A stretch of 64,000 nucleotides of DNA from a virus: IMG/VR virus record IMGVR_UViG_3300021185_001461, positions 32,001 through 96,000 of that record; one strand, given 5' to 3'. Positions 1-9,724 of the stretch are shown here, in pieces. The notes below the pieces were generated by a model, which had not been told where the DNA came from, searched no databases, and saw only the letters and a program-made list of their open reading frames with translations. The position numbers and the translations under genes are program-made. Position 1 is the first letter of the stretch, and each line of letters begins with the position of its first letter.

Positions 1-1783
1 TGTTTGATGTTACTAATCCGTCTTCGCCATTTTCTGTAGCAGTAGTTCCTTGTTTCCAAGCAATTGCTTCAGTTTGGTTTAAACGGAATGGAGCGTCAAC
101 AATAACAAATGCTGTTTCATCTCTATCACTATTTAATGTTACCATTTCATCATACATTTCTGTATAACCTGGAGCTGCAATTAAACGGAACGCTACTGTA
201 TCTTCACGTAGTTCTGAACCACTTGCTGCTGCCTGCATTGCTGTTGTAACAACTTTACGCTGAGCTAATCTACCAAACGAACCTTTGCCGTTTGCTTGAT
301 TGCCTGCTTTGTTACGCCATTTCCATGTAGTTCCTAATGAACCATCATATTCTCTAACTGTGTTAGCTGAACGACACATGTTAATACCAGTCATTCCAGT
401 TGGGTGTACTAATGGATCTGGAGCACCTGCTAATAGAGTTGCTTCAAATGTATCTACAGTTGTATCGTTAGCAGTAATATCGCCAAATACAACACCACCA
501 CTTGTGCTTTGATCTGTACCATCTTTAACTACCCATGCAGTACCATTGTGTCTGTAAATTACAGGGTAACCGCTTGCGTCTGTATCAACCCAATAGTCAC
601 CGTCAGCTAGTGCGTTACCGCCTGTGTCTGATGTTGGTGCTGTTGTAGTGTATTGTACATCTGCTGCACGTTTCCATTTTTGTGTACCTGAGTCTGATAC
701 AACTTCGTAAACTGCTAATTCGTTTACATCTGGATCAAACCACATAGTACCAGTTACTGGATTACCAGTTGGTTGTGTAGTTGAAGCAGTCATAATAAAA
801 CCGCCTGTTCCTGCAGAACCGTCTGATGAGATTGAATCCCAATCGTTGCCTGAACTGTCATAGCGTTTAAGTTCAATTGATGATGTTGTATCATCAAAAT
901 CAAACCAAAGGTCGCCTTCGCCTAATGATCTAGCTACACCGCTACTACCGTCTTGTGGAATATCGCCTGTTGTTCCATCTGGAGCTGAATCATCTGCATA
1001 TGTAATTGCTTTACTTACAAATGAACCTGCTGTTGTTGTAAACAAACTAGGTGCAATATCTAAACCTGAACCTGGAGTTGTTGTTTTAATCCAAACATCA
1101 TCTGCTGATGGGCTTGATGGTGCTGAGTAATGTGGAGCAAATGTAGTATCTGCGTTTACTAATGCATCCCAACTACCACTTACACCTTTATAGTAATGTA
1201 ATTTAGTACTAGATGTACTGTTTACTATTTCAACTAAGTAGTTACCATTAACTACTGTGGCTGTTGCTGCGCCTGCCGTAGAAACTATTTCTACTGTAGG
1301 AGTTTGCTCAACCCATGCTGTTCCTGACCATTCAAAAATACCCATGCTTGCACCTGTTGGATTTAACCAATAAGTATTATTTGCTGGATCACCTGCTGGT
1401 GCTGATGAACTTGGTCTAAGTTCTGTTAGGTTAACATCAGCACGTACTATGTGTGCCGCTGACGCTTGTCCTAAAAATGAATATGCTGCCAAAAGCCCGT
1501 ATTCGTTAGTTTCGTCACCTTGTTGAACTGTACCAGCTACTTTATGGAAATCAACGTTTCCAAAGTATTGTGTAAGTTCTCTTTGTGAAGTAACTAGAAT
1601 AGGCTTTCCTGCGTTTGCAGACTTTGTATATTTTGCAATGCCATCTGATTCAGTAAGGGTAGGATCCGCCTTATCCTCACCAGTAGCAATGAATAACATA
1701 GGAACAGTGCCGGCTCCGGCTGGGCCGTATACTGATTCGTCTGTTACTGAAACCTGTACGCCAGGTGAAGTAAGATTTGCCAT
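1..1783 (-). CDS. Tail sheath protein (gp18-like), 3' end outside window
   Basis: Not in the ORF track because it runs off the edge. ATG at 1783 after AGGAG; translates MANLTSPGVQVSVTDESVY...ILVTSQRELTQYFG...ETNEYGLLAAYSFLG, a typical sheath N-terminus (SPGV motif). Later region reads IAAPGYTEM...ETAFVIVDAP. Confidence 0.9.
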   Translation of the reverse strand, partial: MANLTSPGVQVSVTDESVYGPAGAGTVPMLFIATGEDKADPTLTESDGIAKYTKSANAGKPILVTSQRELTQYFGNVDFHKVAGTVQQGDETNEYGLLAAYSFLGQASAAHIVRADVNLTELRPSSSAPAGDPANNTYWLNPTGASMGIFEWSGTAWVEQTPTVEIVSTAGAATATVVNGNYLVEIVNSTSSTKLHYYKGVSGSWDALVNADTTFAPHYSAPSSPSADDVWIKTTTPGSGLDIAPSLFTTTAGSFVSKAITYADDSAPDGTTGDIPQDGSSGVARSLGEGDLWFDFDDTTSSIELKRYDSSGNDWDSISSDGSAGTGGFIMTASTTQPTGNPVTGTMWFDPDVNELAVYEVVSDSGTQKWKRAADVQYTTTAPTSDTGGNALADGDYWVDTDASGYPVIYRHNGTAWVVKDGTDQSTSGGVVFGDITANDTTVDTFEATLLAGAPDPLVHPTGMTGINMCRSANTVREYDGSLGTTWKWRNKAGNQANGKGSFGRLAQRKVVTTAMQAAASGSELREDTVAFRLIAAPGYTEMYDEMVTLNSDRDETAFVIVDAPFRLNQTEAIAWKQGTTATENGEDGLVTSN

Positions 1784-1832
1784 GTTATAGCTCCTTTTCT
1801 ATTATAGGCTATTGCCTAAATTTACTATACAT

Positions 1833-1840
1833 GTATTTAT
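1833..1840 (-). promoter_or_regulatory. Late promoter (ATAAATAC)
   Basis: T4-late-like TAAATA box about 50 nt upstream of the sheath gene; the same motif recurs before most structural genes. Confidence 0.7.
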
Positions 1841-1876
1841 TTGTTTTTGCTTAAATCGGGGGTTTATAGAGTTAAC

Positions 1877-2674
1877 TTAGTTGTTATTTGAGGCTATATT
1901 TATCAAAAGGTCCTCAAAACTTTCACAAATGCACCTTTCAAATCCATCTGCCCACAGTCCATGAATAATCATATGGATTCTATTTTCTGTTCCTGTATGC
2001 AATACACTGTGATTCCTTCCAATATCAATAGCACGAGCCTCGCCTGGTTGCCATGGTATTAGTCCTGCTTCTTCTAGTGCAAACTCTACGCCTGGGGGAT
2101 TGCTAAGAGCTACATTAAATGCAGCCATTCGTCTTTCTTTAAAATCACTATGTGGCTGAATAAAACCCTCTGGCTCTAATAACATATATCTGACTCTATG
2201 ATATTCTTTAATTGGAAAAGTATTCTTTAACCATTCAACTGTAACTGGGCAATCTTTTGCAATTTCTGTCCAAGTATACGGTGCTATATTATCTTCAGAA
2301 TCAATTCCTTCTTCTACATAATAATTTGCAGGTTGTGTTCTTTCTGCTGACTGTCCGTGTACTGCAATACTGCTCCATCCTGGATTCCACCCACCTCTAT
2401 GTTTAACAAACCTATCAAGGAATTGTTCAGCTTCAGCAGTCATTTCTTTATAAGGTACTGGTATATTTAAAAGTAAACTAGGACAGTTACTATCTTGTAT
2501 AATCCATTTTGCATATTTATTTTCAACACGTTTATCATTTTTCCAATTATCAAATTCATTACCTGGTATTTTTAAACCATGATAATGGTTTGTAGTTTGT
2601 TTGCATTCAGTAATAAATTCTTTTACTTCTTTTAAATTATTAAAGTACTCACTGTCTTTTTTTATTTGTTCCAT
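1877..2674 (-). CDS. Aspartyl/asparaginyl beta-hydroxylase-like 2OG-Fe(II) oxygenase
   Basis: RVRYMLLEPEGFIQPHSD (HxD) ... HSVLHTGTENRIHMIIHG: facial triad and distal Arg typical of the AspH family. Confidence 0.8.
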   Translation of the reverse strand: MEQIKKDSEYFNNLKEVKEFITECKQTTNHYHGLKIPGNEFDNWKNDKRVENKYAKWIIQDSNCPSLLLNIPVPYKEMTAEAEQFLDRFVKHRGGWNPGWSSIAVHGQSAERTQPANYYVEEGIDSEDNIAPYTWTEIAKDCPVTVEWLKNTFPIKEYHRVRYMLLEPEGFIQPHSDFKERRMAAFNVALSNPPGVEFALEEAGLIPWQPGEARAIDIGRNHSVLHTGTENRIHMIIHGLWADGFERCICESFEDLLINIASNNN

Positions 2675-4086
2675 TTTAAAAGCCTAAATATATGTTGTTC
2701 TGATAATTCAGAAAAATCTGTACGAGCAATATGTTCATCTATCCAATTTATTCGTCGAAAATCACTGTTACAATCAGCATTGTATACTAGCATATTATTA
2801 TCTACGCTACGTTCATGTAATTTATGTAATAATTCTCTACCTAATTCATACCTTTGTTGTAGGCTATAATAAAACGAAGTAGGCATATAATGAAAAACAT
2901 TACTAAGATGAATGTATGTCATTTTATTTTCAATACGTCTTGTAAATCCTTTATATTGATGTACATCAAACAAATTAAGTTGTTCAGTTCTTATATTGAT
3001 TAAACCAAATTCTTCTTTTTTCCATTCAGCAAAACCTTCTTTGTTTAATTCGTCTATTAGTTCTTGAGCATTAATTAGTTGGTTTTGTCCCTTAAAGTTT
3101 ATTCCCTCTGCAGAGTCCATAATCTTTTTTGCAAATTCAATATAAGAAGTATTTGGATCATATTCATCAAATATCTTTAAGGTATATTTTATTGCACTAG
3201 GAGAAACATCATATATAAGAACAGTATCTCGGCGTTTTAGTCCTAATTTAAATGCAAAAATAAGTGCAGTTAATCCAGAAGCAGGACAGACTATTTGCTC
3301 AAATAAAGGCCATCGGTGTTTGGCAGTAGCTAATTCCATAAGTTCAAATGGAATTGTTTCAGTATTAGCAATAAAAAATGAGTTATTAAATTGAATCTCT
3401 TCTAGAAATTGTGACCTATGTCGAGGCCCATCTTCTTTTACTTCTGCATATGCATATTGCTTTGCTACTCTACATTCATGTGACCATGATAATATTTTTT
3501 CTCCAGATTCTATTAAAGACTTTACTATATTCCAACCTTCGCCTCGTTGTCCCTGATATGTTTTTAAATCTTTACCAGGAGCAATCCAATGTGGTGTATA
3601 TTGATCATGATGATTTTCTTTACTACGTATAGGTACTATTGTTTCAAGTGGTGAATCCCATGTTCTTTCTCCCCATTCAGGAAAGCCAGCTTCTGCCCAC
3701 CAATTGAGATCTATAAAAAATGCTTGTGGATGTACTTCGTAATAACCTTCTTGTCTGTCTAATACGTGACCAATAAACTTAGCATCTGGGTTTGCTTCAT
3801 GAAACTTTTTAAACTCTGGTAAAAAGCTATCTCCACGTAAAGTAGTTCCTTGTTTAAATACAATTATCTGTGAAAAACCGTCTTTGTGTGCTTGAGTTAA
3901 TAAATCAAATATAGTGTCGCCTGCAAACTGTTTATCAAAAAATATTCCAAATTCAACTGACCAATAATCGGTCATATTTTTTGTATAACCTTTTGCAAAA
4001 TCATCTTTAATATTGTTGTTATATAACCAACCAACTGTTATTTCTTTGTTTTGGCTTTTTGATTTCCACCATTCTTCATTAAACAT
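2662..4086 (-). CDS. Hypothetical two-domain protein (possible transferase N-terminus; SAM-binding-like C-terminus)
   Basis: 474-aa ORF with GGAG RBS. C-half has CPASGL..IYDVSPSA..LNLFD..IHLSNVFHY, reminiscent of class I SAM folds. Confidence 0.55.
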   Translation of the reverse strand: MFNEEWWKSKSQNKEITVGWLYNNNIKDDFAKGYTKNMTDYWSVEFGIFFDKQFAGDTIFDLLTQAHKDGFSQIIVFKQGTTLRGDSFLPEFKKFHEANPDAKFIGHVLDRQEGYYEVHPQAFFIDLNWWAEAGFPEWGERTWDSPLETIVPIRSKENHHDQYTPHWIAPGKDLKTYQGQRGEGWNIVKSLIESGEKILSWSHECRVAKQYAYAEVKEDGPRHRSQFLEEIQFNNSFFIANTETIPFELMELATAKHRWPLFEQIVCPASGLTALIFAFKLGLKRRDTVLIYDVSPSAIKYTLKIFDEYDPNTSYIEFAKKIMDSAEGINFKGQNQLINAQELIDELNKEGFAEWKKEEFGLINIRTEQLNLFDVHQYKGFTRRIENKMTYIHLSNVFHYMPTSFYYSLQQRYELGRELLHKLHERSVDNNMLVYNADCNSDFRRINWIDEHIARTDFSELSEQHIFRLLKWNK

Positions 4087-4109
4087 ATACTACACTCCTA
4101 TTATGTATA

Positions 4110-4117
4110 TATTTATA
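4110..4117 (-). promoter_or_regulatory. Late promoter, exact T4 consensus TATAAATA
   Basis: tatttata on the + strand, 24 nt upstream of the ATG at 4086. Confidence 0.7.
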
Positions 4118-4134
4118 CATAACGAGTTTGAGAT

Positions 4135-4776
4135 TTATGCTAACTTTTCTATAGTGTGAATTTTAAGATCTTCAATAGTAGATGTGTTCAGTAATTCAAC
4201 ATCAAAATCCCAACCTGCCCAGCTCCATTCACTTTTATGTACATTTGAATATTTGCCGGCCATTCCATCTACAAGATGTGTTCGTTTATTTGTTGCGGTA
4301 GCTATGTTCATTGTAGAAGCAATGTTCCACCAATCAGGTTTATCGTCTCTCCATACAACTGCTGTAGTTCCACCTAAGTTTTTGATTGCTTGTAATTCGT
4401 TAAAGAATCTACAATCACTTATTACTACATTTTTTTCTGAATTTATGATTTGTCTTTCGCAAGCCGCTACCCATATATCAGGATGCCAATGTGTTCTTAA
4501 TGCATCAGTTCCTATTTGTTGTAACGCAAGTCGCGGTGTGAAGTTTGGCATATCTAAACGGTCAGCCCACCATTCATCAACTGTTTCTCTCCATACTCTG
4601 CCTTCTGGAGTATTGCCTTCTAATAGTATTCTATCCCATCCAAATATATTAGCACATGCATCTTTTAATACACCTGCAAAACTAACCCTTTCAAATCCCT
4701 CTTCAATTAGGAATCCTGCGGCTGTATCTTTGCCGTGTCCGATAAGTCCACATATGCCAATTATTTTTTTCTTCAT
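4135..4776 (-). CDS. Deoxynucleoside monophosphate kinase (T4 gp1-like)
   Basis: IIGICGLIGHGKDT P-loop, SFAGVLKD, TPRLALQQIGTD, VVISDCRFFNE, HKSEWSW. Confidence 0.92.
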   Translation of the reverse strand: MKKKIIGICGLIGHGKDTAAGFLIEEGFERVSFAGVLKDACANIFGWDRILLEGNTPEGRVWRETVDEWWADRLDMPNFTPRLALQQIGTDALRTHWHPDIWVAACERQIINSEKNVVISDCRFFNELQAIKNLGGTTAVVWRDDKPDWWNIASTMNIATATNKRTHLVDGMAGKYSNVHKSEWSWAGWDFDVELLNTSTIEDLKIHTIEKLA

Positions 4777-4782
4777 GTTTAT

Positions 4783-4811
4783 ATTATACTAACTTTCTAT
4801 AAAAATGTCAA
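4783..4811 (-). promoter_or_regulatory. Sigma70-type early promoter
   Basis: TTGACA-17-TATAAT perfect consensus immediately upstream of dNMP kinase. Confidence 0.85.
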
Positions 4812-5086
4812 GTTCTTCTTTTACTTAAATCACGCATATGTTTTAATAATTGCTTCCAAGTAGGTGTTGGCTTTTTTTCTATTTTGGGTATGATGTATGT
4901 TTTTGGTTTAGTGGTTGTTGTACACTGATTACATCTGCAATGATCACAAATTTTAATTTGTCTATATTCTCCGCCGTCTATTGCATAGTCTTGTGCTTCT
5001 GCATATCTGGCTGTTCCACAATGTGAACCCCAACCGCAATTCTGACAAGAACCGCCGTTGTGATCGTGAATTGTGTTTAGATGCAT
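4808..5086 (-). CDS. Small Cys/His-rich hypothetical protein (possible Zn-binding)
   Basis: CQNC..HC..CDHCRCNQC; abuts the gp13 stop codon. Confidence 0.6.
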   Translation of the reverse strand: MHLNTIHDHNGGSCQNCGWGSHCGTARYAEAQDYAIDGGEYRQIKICDHCRCNQCTTTTKPKTYIIPKIEKKPTPTWKQLLKHMRDLSKRRT

Positions 5087-5824
5087 TTAACCAATAACAA
5101 ATCCAAGCCCAGTGCTTCCATCGTTATACAATGTAAGTTCTGTCTCTAGCTTATCAATTTCTGTCAAAGCGTCTGTACGTAATTGGTCTGCGTTCATTGT
5201 AGTACCACCTTGTGGTCCTGCTATCTGTGTAAATTTACCACGTGCTTCTGCAAGCATTAATCTTGCGTGTGCAAATGCGTAATCCTTTATCCAAGGACCA
5301 GCATATGTATCTTCTAGTAAACTTTCTGTAGGTCTGAAGTTATAACAATGCAGTACTGCATTGTCATCTGCTTTAATTTTTCTTTGTAGGATTAATTTTT
5401 TATCTTGTGGGCGCCAAGTAAACAATAGTTCTGCGCCAAATAGTCTACCCATTGTTTCTCTGTTTTGTTGTAGGAAATCAAAACTTGATAGTCCACCGTT
5501 TCTGCTACTACCTAACAAGTATGTGTTAAGGTAAGCCGCTTGGAATGGTTCTATGTCATTTCCTGTTCCACTGCTTACACCAGTTGTACGTCTGTAAATA
5601 TCACGTACTTCCATTACTTCTGATGGGAGTGTATATTCGCTTTGATCTTTTATCATTTCAAGAATGATAAAACTTTCTTCTACGGCATTTTCGGCACGTT
5701 GTCTATATTTTGCTAATGCCTTATCGGCGGCAAGTTCGTAGTGTTCTGGATCGAGTTCAACATCGACCATTCCACCGCCTAAGCGTAGTTCTATTTCTTT
5801 TTGAAGTTTGTTTATAGCTGCCAT
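5087..5824 (-). CDS. Neck protein (gp13-like)
   Basis: LRLGGGMVDVELDPEHY ... WIKDYAFA ... RGKFTQIAGPQGGTTMNA; GGAG RBS; late box at 5842-5850. Confidence 0.88.
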   Translation of the reverse strand: MAAINKLQKEIELRLGGGMVDVELDPEHYELAADKALAKYRQRAENAVEESFIILEMIKDQSEYTLPSEVMEVRDIYRRTTGVSSGTGNDIEPFQAAYLNTYLLGSSRNGGLSSFDFLQQNRETMGRLFGAELLFTWRPQDKKLILQRKIKADDNAVLHCYNFRPTESLLEDTYAGPWIKDYAFAHARLMLAEARGKFTQIAGPQGGTTMNADQLRTDALTEIDKLETELTLYNDGSTGLGFVIG

Positions 5825-5856
5825 TTAAATTCTCCTACTATGTATTTATCATAGTA

Positions 5857-7143
5857 TCACTTATTAAAGGCGGCTAATAAGATAGTCTCTCCATTAATAC
5901 GTCCATTTAACTTAGTTTCAGTTGTTTTTAATGTTTCAAACAATTTTTCTGTCTTTGCTCTAGTGGCTTTTTTAACTTCTGGTAAAAACTCTTGTGGTTT
6001 ACGTATTGTTCGTTGCAAGCTCTTTTCTTCGTCATAACCAGTTATAGTAGTTCCTTTAACACTTAGTCCACTGCCTTCACGTTTTAGTCCCATAGGGTCT
6101 ACGTTCTTAGCATAGTACATTCCAATCTTACGGTTTTTAGTGTTAAAAACCACCAGTATACGGGCGTAAACGATTTCTGCTGGCATTATGCTACCTAAAC
6201 CGTATTCGGTGTCTGTTTGCTTAAATTTGAGCTTCTTAACAATGTCTTCTGGGCTCTTTGTACGTGTCTTACGTGGCTTGCGATTTGCTTTGCTTTCTGC
6301 TTCAACAATATCACATGCATCAATAATTTTACGATATACTTCTAATGCACCTTTTTGTTGATCAGTGGACATGTGTTCATATCCTTCTTCCAACTGCAAA
6401 CGCATATCGTCTTTGTCTTCTTTTTTAACTTTCTTAGCAAGTTCTGTAAACTCTGCAAGATTGTCTTTGTATAAGTTGCGAATAATTCGTACATGTGCCT
6501 GTTTTGCAGTTGCTCTACGTAGCAATGTATCTGGTTTAAAATCTTTTATAAGTTTTGGGTCATACCCACTAACTACCCATTGCTCTAAAAATTCTTCTAT
6601 CTCATCAGTCATTTGCAATGCGGCTGCATGTAATAGTTGTTGAATTGAAGGCTTTGGTCTACTTGCCCTTTTTGCTTCTGCTTCTGCTAAACGCTCAGCT
6701 TCTTCTACGTGTTCTTTGCCATCTTCAATTGCTCGTTTAACTGTTTTATGAATAAACTCACTGATTGGAGTTGGAGTGCCACTTGTGCCTGCTAAACTTT
6801 CCCAATATGCATTCCAGGCCAAATGCTGATCTGGGCAACCCATTGTAAGCATACGGCAATAATATCCTGTAGTTGCATTAATGGCTCCGGCTTTAGCTGC
6901 CTTAACACATTTTATGTCTTTTTTAGTATACCCATTTGCAAGCATCCAATCCCATGCATAATCAATAAGAACAGAAGTCTTATAATTACGATAATAATAA
7001 TCAGTCGCGGCTTGTCGTGCCTGATGATACTCTTTGCCAGACCATCCGTCTGCACCTTCCCAACTAGGATCTTTTAATTGATTTGCTCTAATTCGTTCTG
7101 ATGGCCTGCGTGGTTGCTTACGCTTTGTCTTAGGTAGTGCCAT
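5857..7143 (-). CDS. Hypothetical basic phage protein
   Basis: Long ORF; start moved to the ATG at 7143 (GGAG 9 nt upstream). C-terminus GLSVKGTTI..SLQRTIRKP..LNGRIN. Confidence 0.75.
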   Translation of the reverse strand: MALPKTKRKQPRRPSERIRANQLKDPSWEGADGWSGKEYHQARQAATDYYYRNYKTSVLIDYAWDWMLANGYTKKDIKCVKAAKAGAINATTGYYCRMLTMGCPDQHLAWNAYWESLAGTSGTPTPISEFIHKTVKRAIEDGKEHVEEAERLAEAEAKRASRPKPSIQQLLHAAALQMTDEIEEFLEQWVVSGYDPKLIKDFKPDTLLRRATAKQAHVRIIRNLYKDNLAEFTELAKKVKKEDKDDMRLQLEEGYEHMSTDQQKGALEVYRKIIDACDIVEAESKANRKPRKTRTKSPEDIVKKLKFKQTDTEYGLGSIMPAEIVYARILVVFNTKNRKIGMYYAKNVDPMGLKREGSGLSVKGTTITGYDEEKSLQRTIRKPQEFLPEVKKATRAKTEKLFETLKTTETKLNGRINGETILLAAFNK

Positions 7144-7144
7144 T

Positions 7145-7306
7145 TTACTTTTCTCCGTTATAATCGTCAAACATTCGACGTTCCATGTCGTCGGCTATTT
7201 TTTGATACTTATCAATTACCGAAGAAATTCGTCGTTTAGCGGTTAAATCAGTGGTTTTAGAATATAATTCATTTAATTCGTCTATAAAAGATAAAATCTC
7301 TATCAT
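7145..7306 (-). CDS. 53-aa hypothetical protein (not in ORF track)
   Basis: GGAG RBS; MIEILSFIDELNELYSKTTDLTAKRRISSVIDKYQKIADDMERRMFDDYNGEK; fills the gap between neighbours. Confidence 0.65.
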   Translation of the reverse strand: MIEILSFIDELNELYSKTTDLTAKRRISSVIDKYQKIADDMERRMFDDYNGEK

Positions 7307-7343
7307 TGATTGTCACTCCAGGTTGGTATAATTTAAAACAAGT

Positions 7344-7712
7344 TTACGCTAAAACTTTTATTTCGTCAACCTTTTTAAATCCAAAATCTGCAACAACGTG
7401 TTTTACACCGTCTGTGCCTTCAACAATATCACCAACACTAAGACTGTGCATAGGTGCTAATCTTTCAATTAATTCTTCTGGACCCATGTTACCTACATGG
7501 AAAACACCTTCAAGATCTTCAGCAGTAATATTACTAACATGTGTATAATATCCTCTGTTGAATGCATCTGCAGAAATTTCATTTATATCATTTTTTCCAA
7601 AATTCATACTCAACCTTAGAGAATTTTTATGAACTGCGTCATGTCCTTCATCGTTAATAATATCGATTTCAGCATCTGTTAATCTAATTTGATATACTTT
7701 AAATTTTTCCAT
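7344..7712 (-). CDS. YodL-like domain protein
   Basis: KVYQI...YTHV...LEGVFHVGN...HSLSVGDIV matches the YodL-family pattern. Confidence 0.65.
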   Translation of the reverse strand: MEKFKVYQIRLTDAEIDIINDEGHDAVHKNSLRLSMNFGKNDINEISADAFNRGYYTHVSNITAEDLEGVFHVGNMGPEELIERLAPMHSLSVGDIVEGTDGVKHVVADFGFKKVDEIKVLA

Positions 7713-7714
7713 TG

Positions 7715-8215
7715 TTATACTCCTATGTTGTTAAATTCAGTTTTCATACTGTATGGTAATCCAAGACTATAACAAATATAGTCTGCATCTTTTTCATTGT
7801 CAAGTTCTTCTGCTTGCAATATCCAACGAATAGCGTCTTTACGAGTTTGACCCATATCCATGTATTTTTTAATTGAAGATTCAAACTTAGAAACTGCGTC
7901 TGCTTCCCATTTAGCTTCTTCTTCCATTTGTTCTTTAACTGCTACAGAAATTCTATCAGCTTCATTTTTAAGATCTTGTGTAGTCATTGCTTCAAAATTA
8001 TAATGACGACCTTTTGTACCATAAGCATCTTTATGACCTTCGTAAATATAAGTTGCTAACTCATCACGTTCAAGCTCTACGAGATTAGTAATACCACGTT
8101 CAATCCAATAAGCCTCATCTTCAGGATACATACCTGACCAACTACCTGGATTTGCTTCCATCCAAGCCTTAGCTTTGATATTACGTGATTTAATTTCTGC
8201 AATTAGTTCTTTCAT
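7715..8215 (-). CDS. Hypothetical protein
   Basis: ORF in early operon; the ATG at 8215 overlaps the upstream stop and follows GGAGAG. Confidence 0.7.
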   Translation of the reverse strand: MKELIAEIKSRNIKAKAWMEANPGSWSGMYPEDEAYWIERGITNLVELERDELATYIYEGHKDAYGTKGRHYNFEAMTTQDLKNEADRISVAVKEQMEEEAKWEADAVSKFESSIKKYMDMGQTRKDAIRWILQAEELDNEKDADYICYSLGLPYSMKTEFNNIGV

Positions 8216-8607
8216 TATGCCCACTCTCCTATACCTTCATGCATTGCATGAATACAAATTTTATAATTTTCTTGTGTAGGCTTCAAACCATTTTGTTTAC
8301 ACAATTTCTTTGCTTGAGGAGTCATAAAACCTTTTTCCTCTAACATACTTAAAGGTGACTTACCAGCTTTGTAACCTTCAGCAAATTCTTCAACTGTAAA
8401 GTTTTTAACTAGGAAGTTCTTAAAAGCACCTTGAAAGAACACATACTTAAACCTAGCAATAAAAAGTTCTACTGGCATACCAATACGTGAAGGATGAATT
8501 TTATCCTTACCATATACTTCTTCATATGTAGGTTGACCTTCATATGTACCATTATACATCAAATATCCACCGTGGTAACTAAATTTTGTTTTATCAAATT
8601 GTGTCAT
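8215..8607 (-). CDS. Hypothetical early protein
   Basis: AAGGAG RBS, first gene after a sigma70 promoter. Confidence 0.75.
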   Translation of the reverse strand: MTQFDKTKFSYHGGYLMYNGTYEGQPTYEEVYGKDKIHPSRIGMPVELFIARFKYVFFQGAFKNFLVKNFTVEEFAEGYKAGKSPLSMLEEKGFMTPQAKKLCKQNGLKPTQENYKICIHAMHEGIGEWA

Positions 8608-8639
8608 TTGTTGCTCCTTTTTTTATTAACTATACTTAT

Positions 8640-8668
8640 AGTATACGGTAAGATGTCTTACTTGTCAA
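8640..8668 (-). promoter_or_regulatory. Sigma70-type early promoter
   Basis: TTGACA-17-TATACT with an A-rich upstream region. Confidence 0.85.
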
Positions 8669-8681
8669 CCTTTTCAGTCAT

Positions 8682-8719
8682 AAAAAAACCCTGTAAAATC
8701 AAAGACTTACAGGGTTTTT
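8682..8719. terminator. Intrinsic terminator (bidirectional appearance)
   Basis: aaaaaccctgtaa-aatcaaagac-ttacagggttttt inverted repeat with A/T tails, downstream of the transporter gene. Confidence 0.8.
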
Positions 8720-8752
8720 ATTTTTTTTTTGGCTTTTATTTAATTTTTTTTG

Positions 8753-9724
8753 CTATTTTTCGTTAATTTGACGTTCAAATTCTCTTAAACGTTTGAATAC
8801 ACTCATTAACTCAATAAGTGTTGGCCACGCTCTGAAGAGATATTGCATACTGCCTTCTACTCTTCCAAATGCACGAATAATCTGTTGCATTACACCAAGT
8901 GTTACTACACCTGCTACAATAGCCGGTGCTAAGAACACATATGCACTTAGTACGTTTGCTTGTAAGTATGTAATACGTCCAACATTAAAATACAAGTAAC
9001 GCAAATAAGACTTAAAGTGAATACCACGAACATCTTGGAAAAGTTCGTTAATAGTTTTTGGTCTTACTGTTGCATCGTCTTCTGCAATAACAAGTATTTT
9101 TCTGTATGCCGCTTCTTTTTTCTGCAAATCATATTCAACACCAACTAAGCGTAATATCCAACCTAGTGCTATTAAGAATAATGTTCCGCCCACTGACCAA
9201 ACAATAGCACCTGTAACAAGTCCATATTGCCAATCACCAAAGAAGAAGATAGGAATACCTACTGATAGTCCTAATAGAATAGGAACGAACTGTACTAGAA
9301 CCATTATTGATTCAATAAAACTTGTACCTAATCCTTCCATAATACGACTAAACTTAATCGTATCTTCTTGTACCCTTTGTGCGGCACCTTCAATAGTTCT
9401 AGCTTTGTCATATACTGAATGATACCATTCTACCATTGCAGTACGCCATCTAAATAGATAGTGTGCAGTAAAGTAACTTACTACAACCGCAATACCTACA
9501 TATATAGCCGCTAGGTATAAGAAACTTGCTAAACTACTCCAATACTCACCTATAGTGATTGCATTAGGTGTTGCTAGGGCTTTCTGGATCATATCATAGA
9601 ATTGACCGAACCATTCGTTAATTTTAACATCAATTTCGACTTGTACCCAAAGTGATGATAAAATTATTGCGGAACCTACCCAGGACCACAAAAGCCATTT
9701 CTTTTCTGTAAAAAATCTAAACAT
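8753..9724 (-). CDS. sbmA: SbmA/BacA-family peptide transporter
   Basis: Multiple TM segments; INEWFGQFYDMIQKAL, FRWRTAM, IEGAAQRVQEDTIKFSR, QKKEAAYRKILV, AFGRVEGSMQYL..WPTLIELMSVFKRLREFE are SbmA/BacA signatures. ATG at 9724 follows AAGGA. Confidence 0.9.
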   Translation of the reverse strand: MFRFFTEKKWLLWSWVGSAIILSSLWVQVEIDVKINEWFGQFYDMIQKALATPNAITIGEYWSSLASFLYLAAIYVGIAVVVSYFTAHYLFRWRTAMVEWYHSVYDKARTIEGAAQRVQEDTIKFSRIMEGLGTSFIESIMVLVQFVPILLGLSVGIPIFFFGDWQYGLVTGAIVWSVGGTLFLIALGWILRLVGVEYDLQKKEAAYRKILVIAEDDATVRPKTINELFQDVRGIHFKSYLRYLYFNVGRITYLQANVLSAYVFLAPAIVAGVVTLGVMQQIIRAFGRVEGSMQYLFRAWPTLIELMSVFKRLREFERQINEK

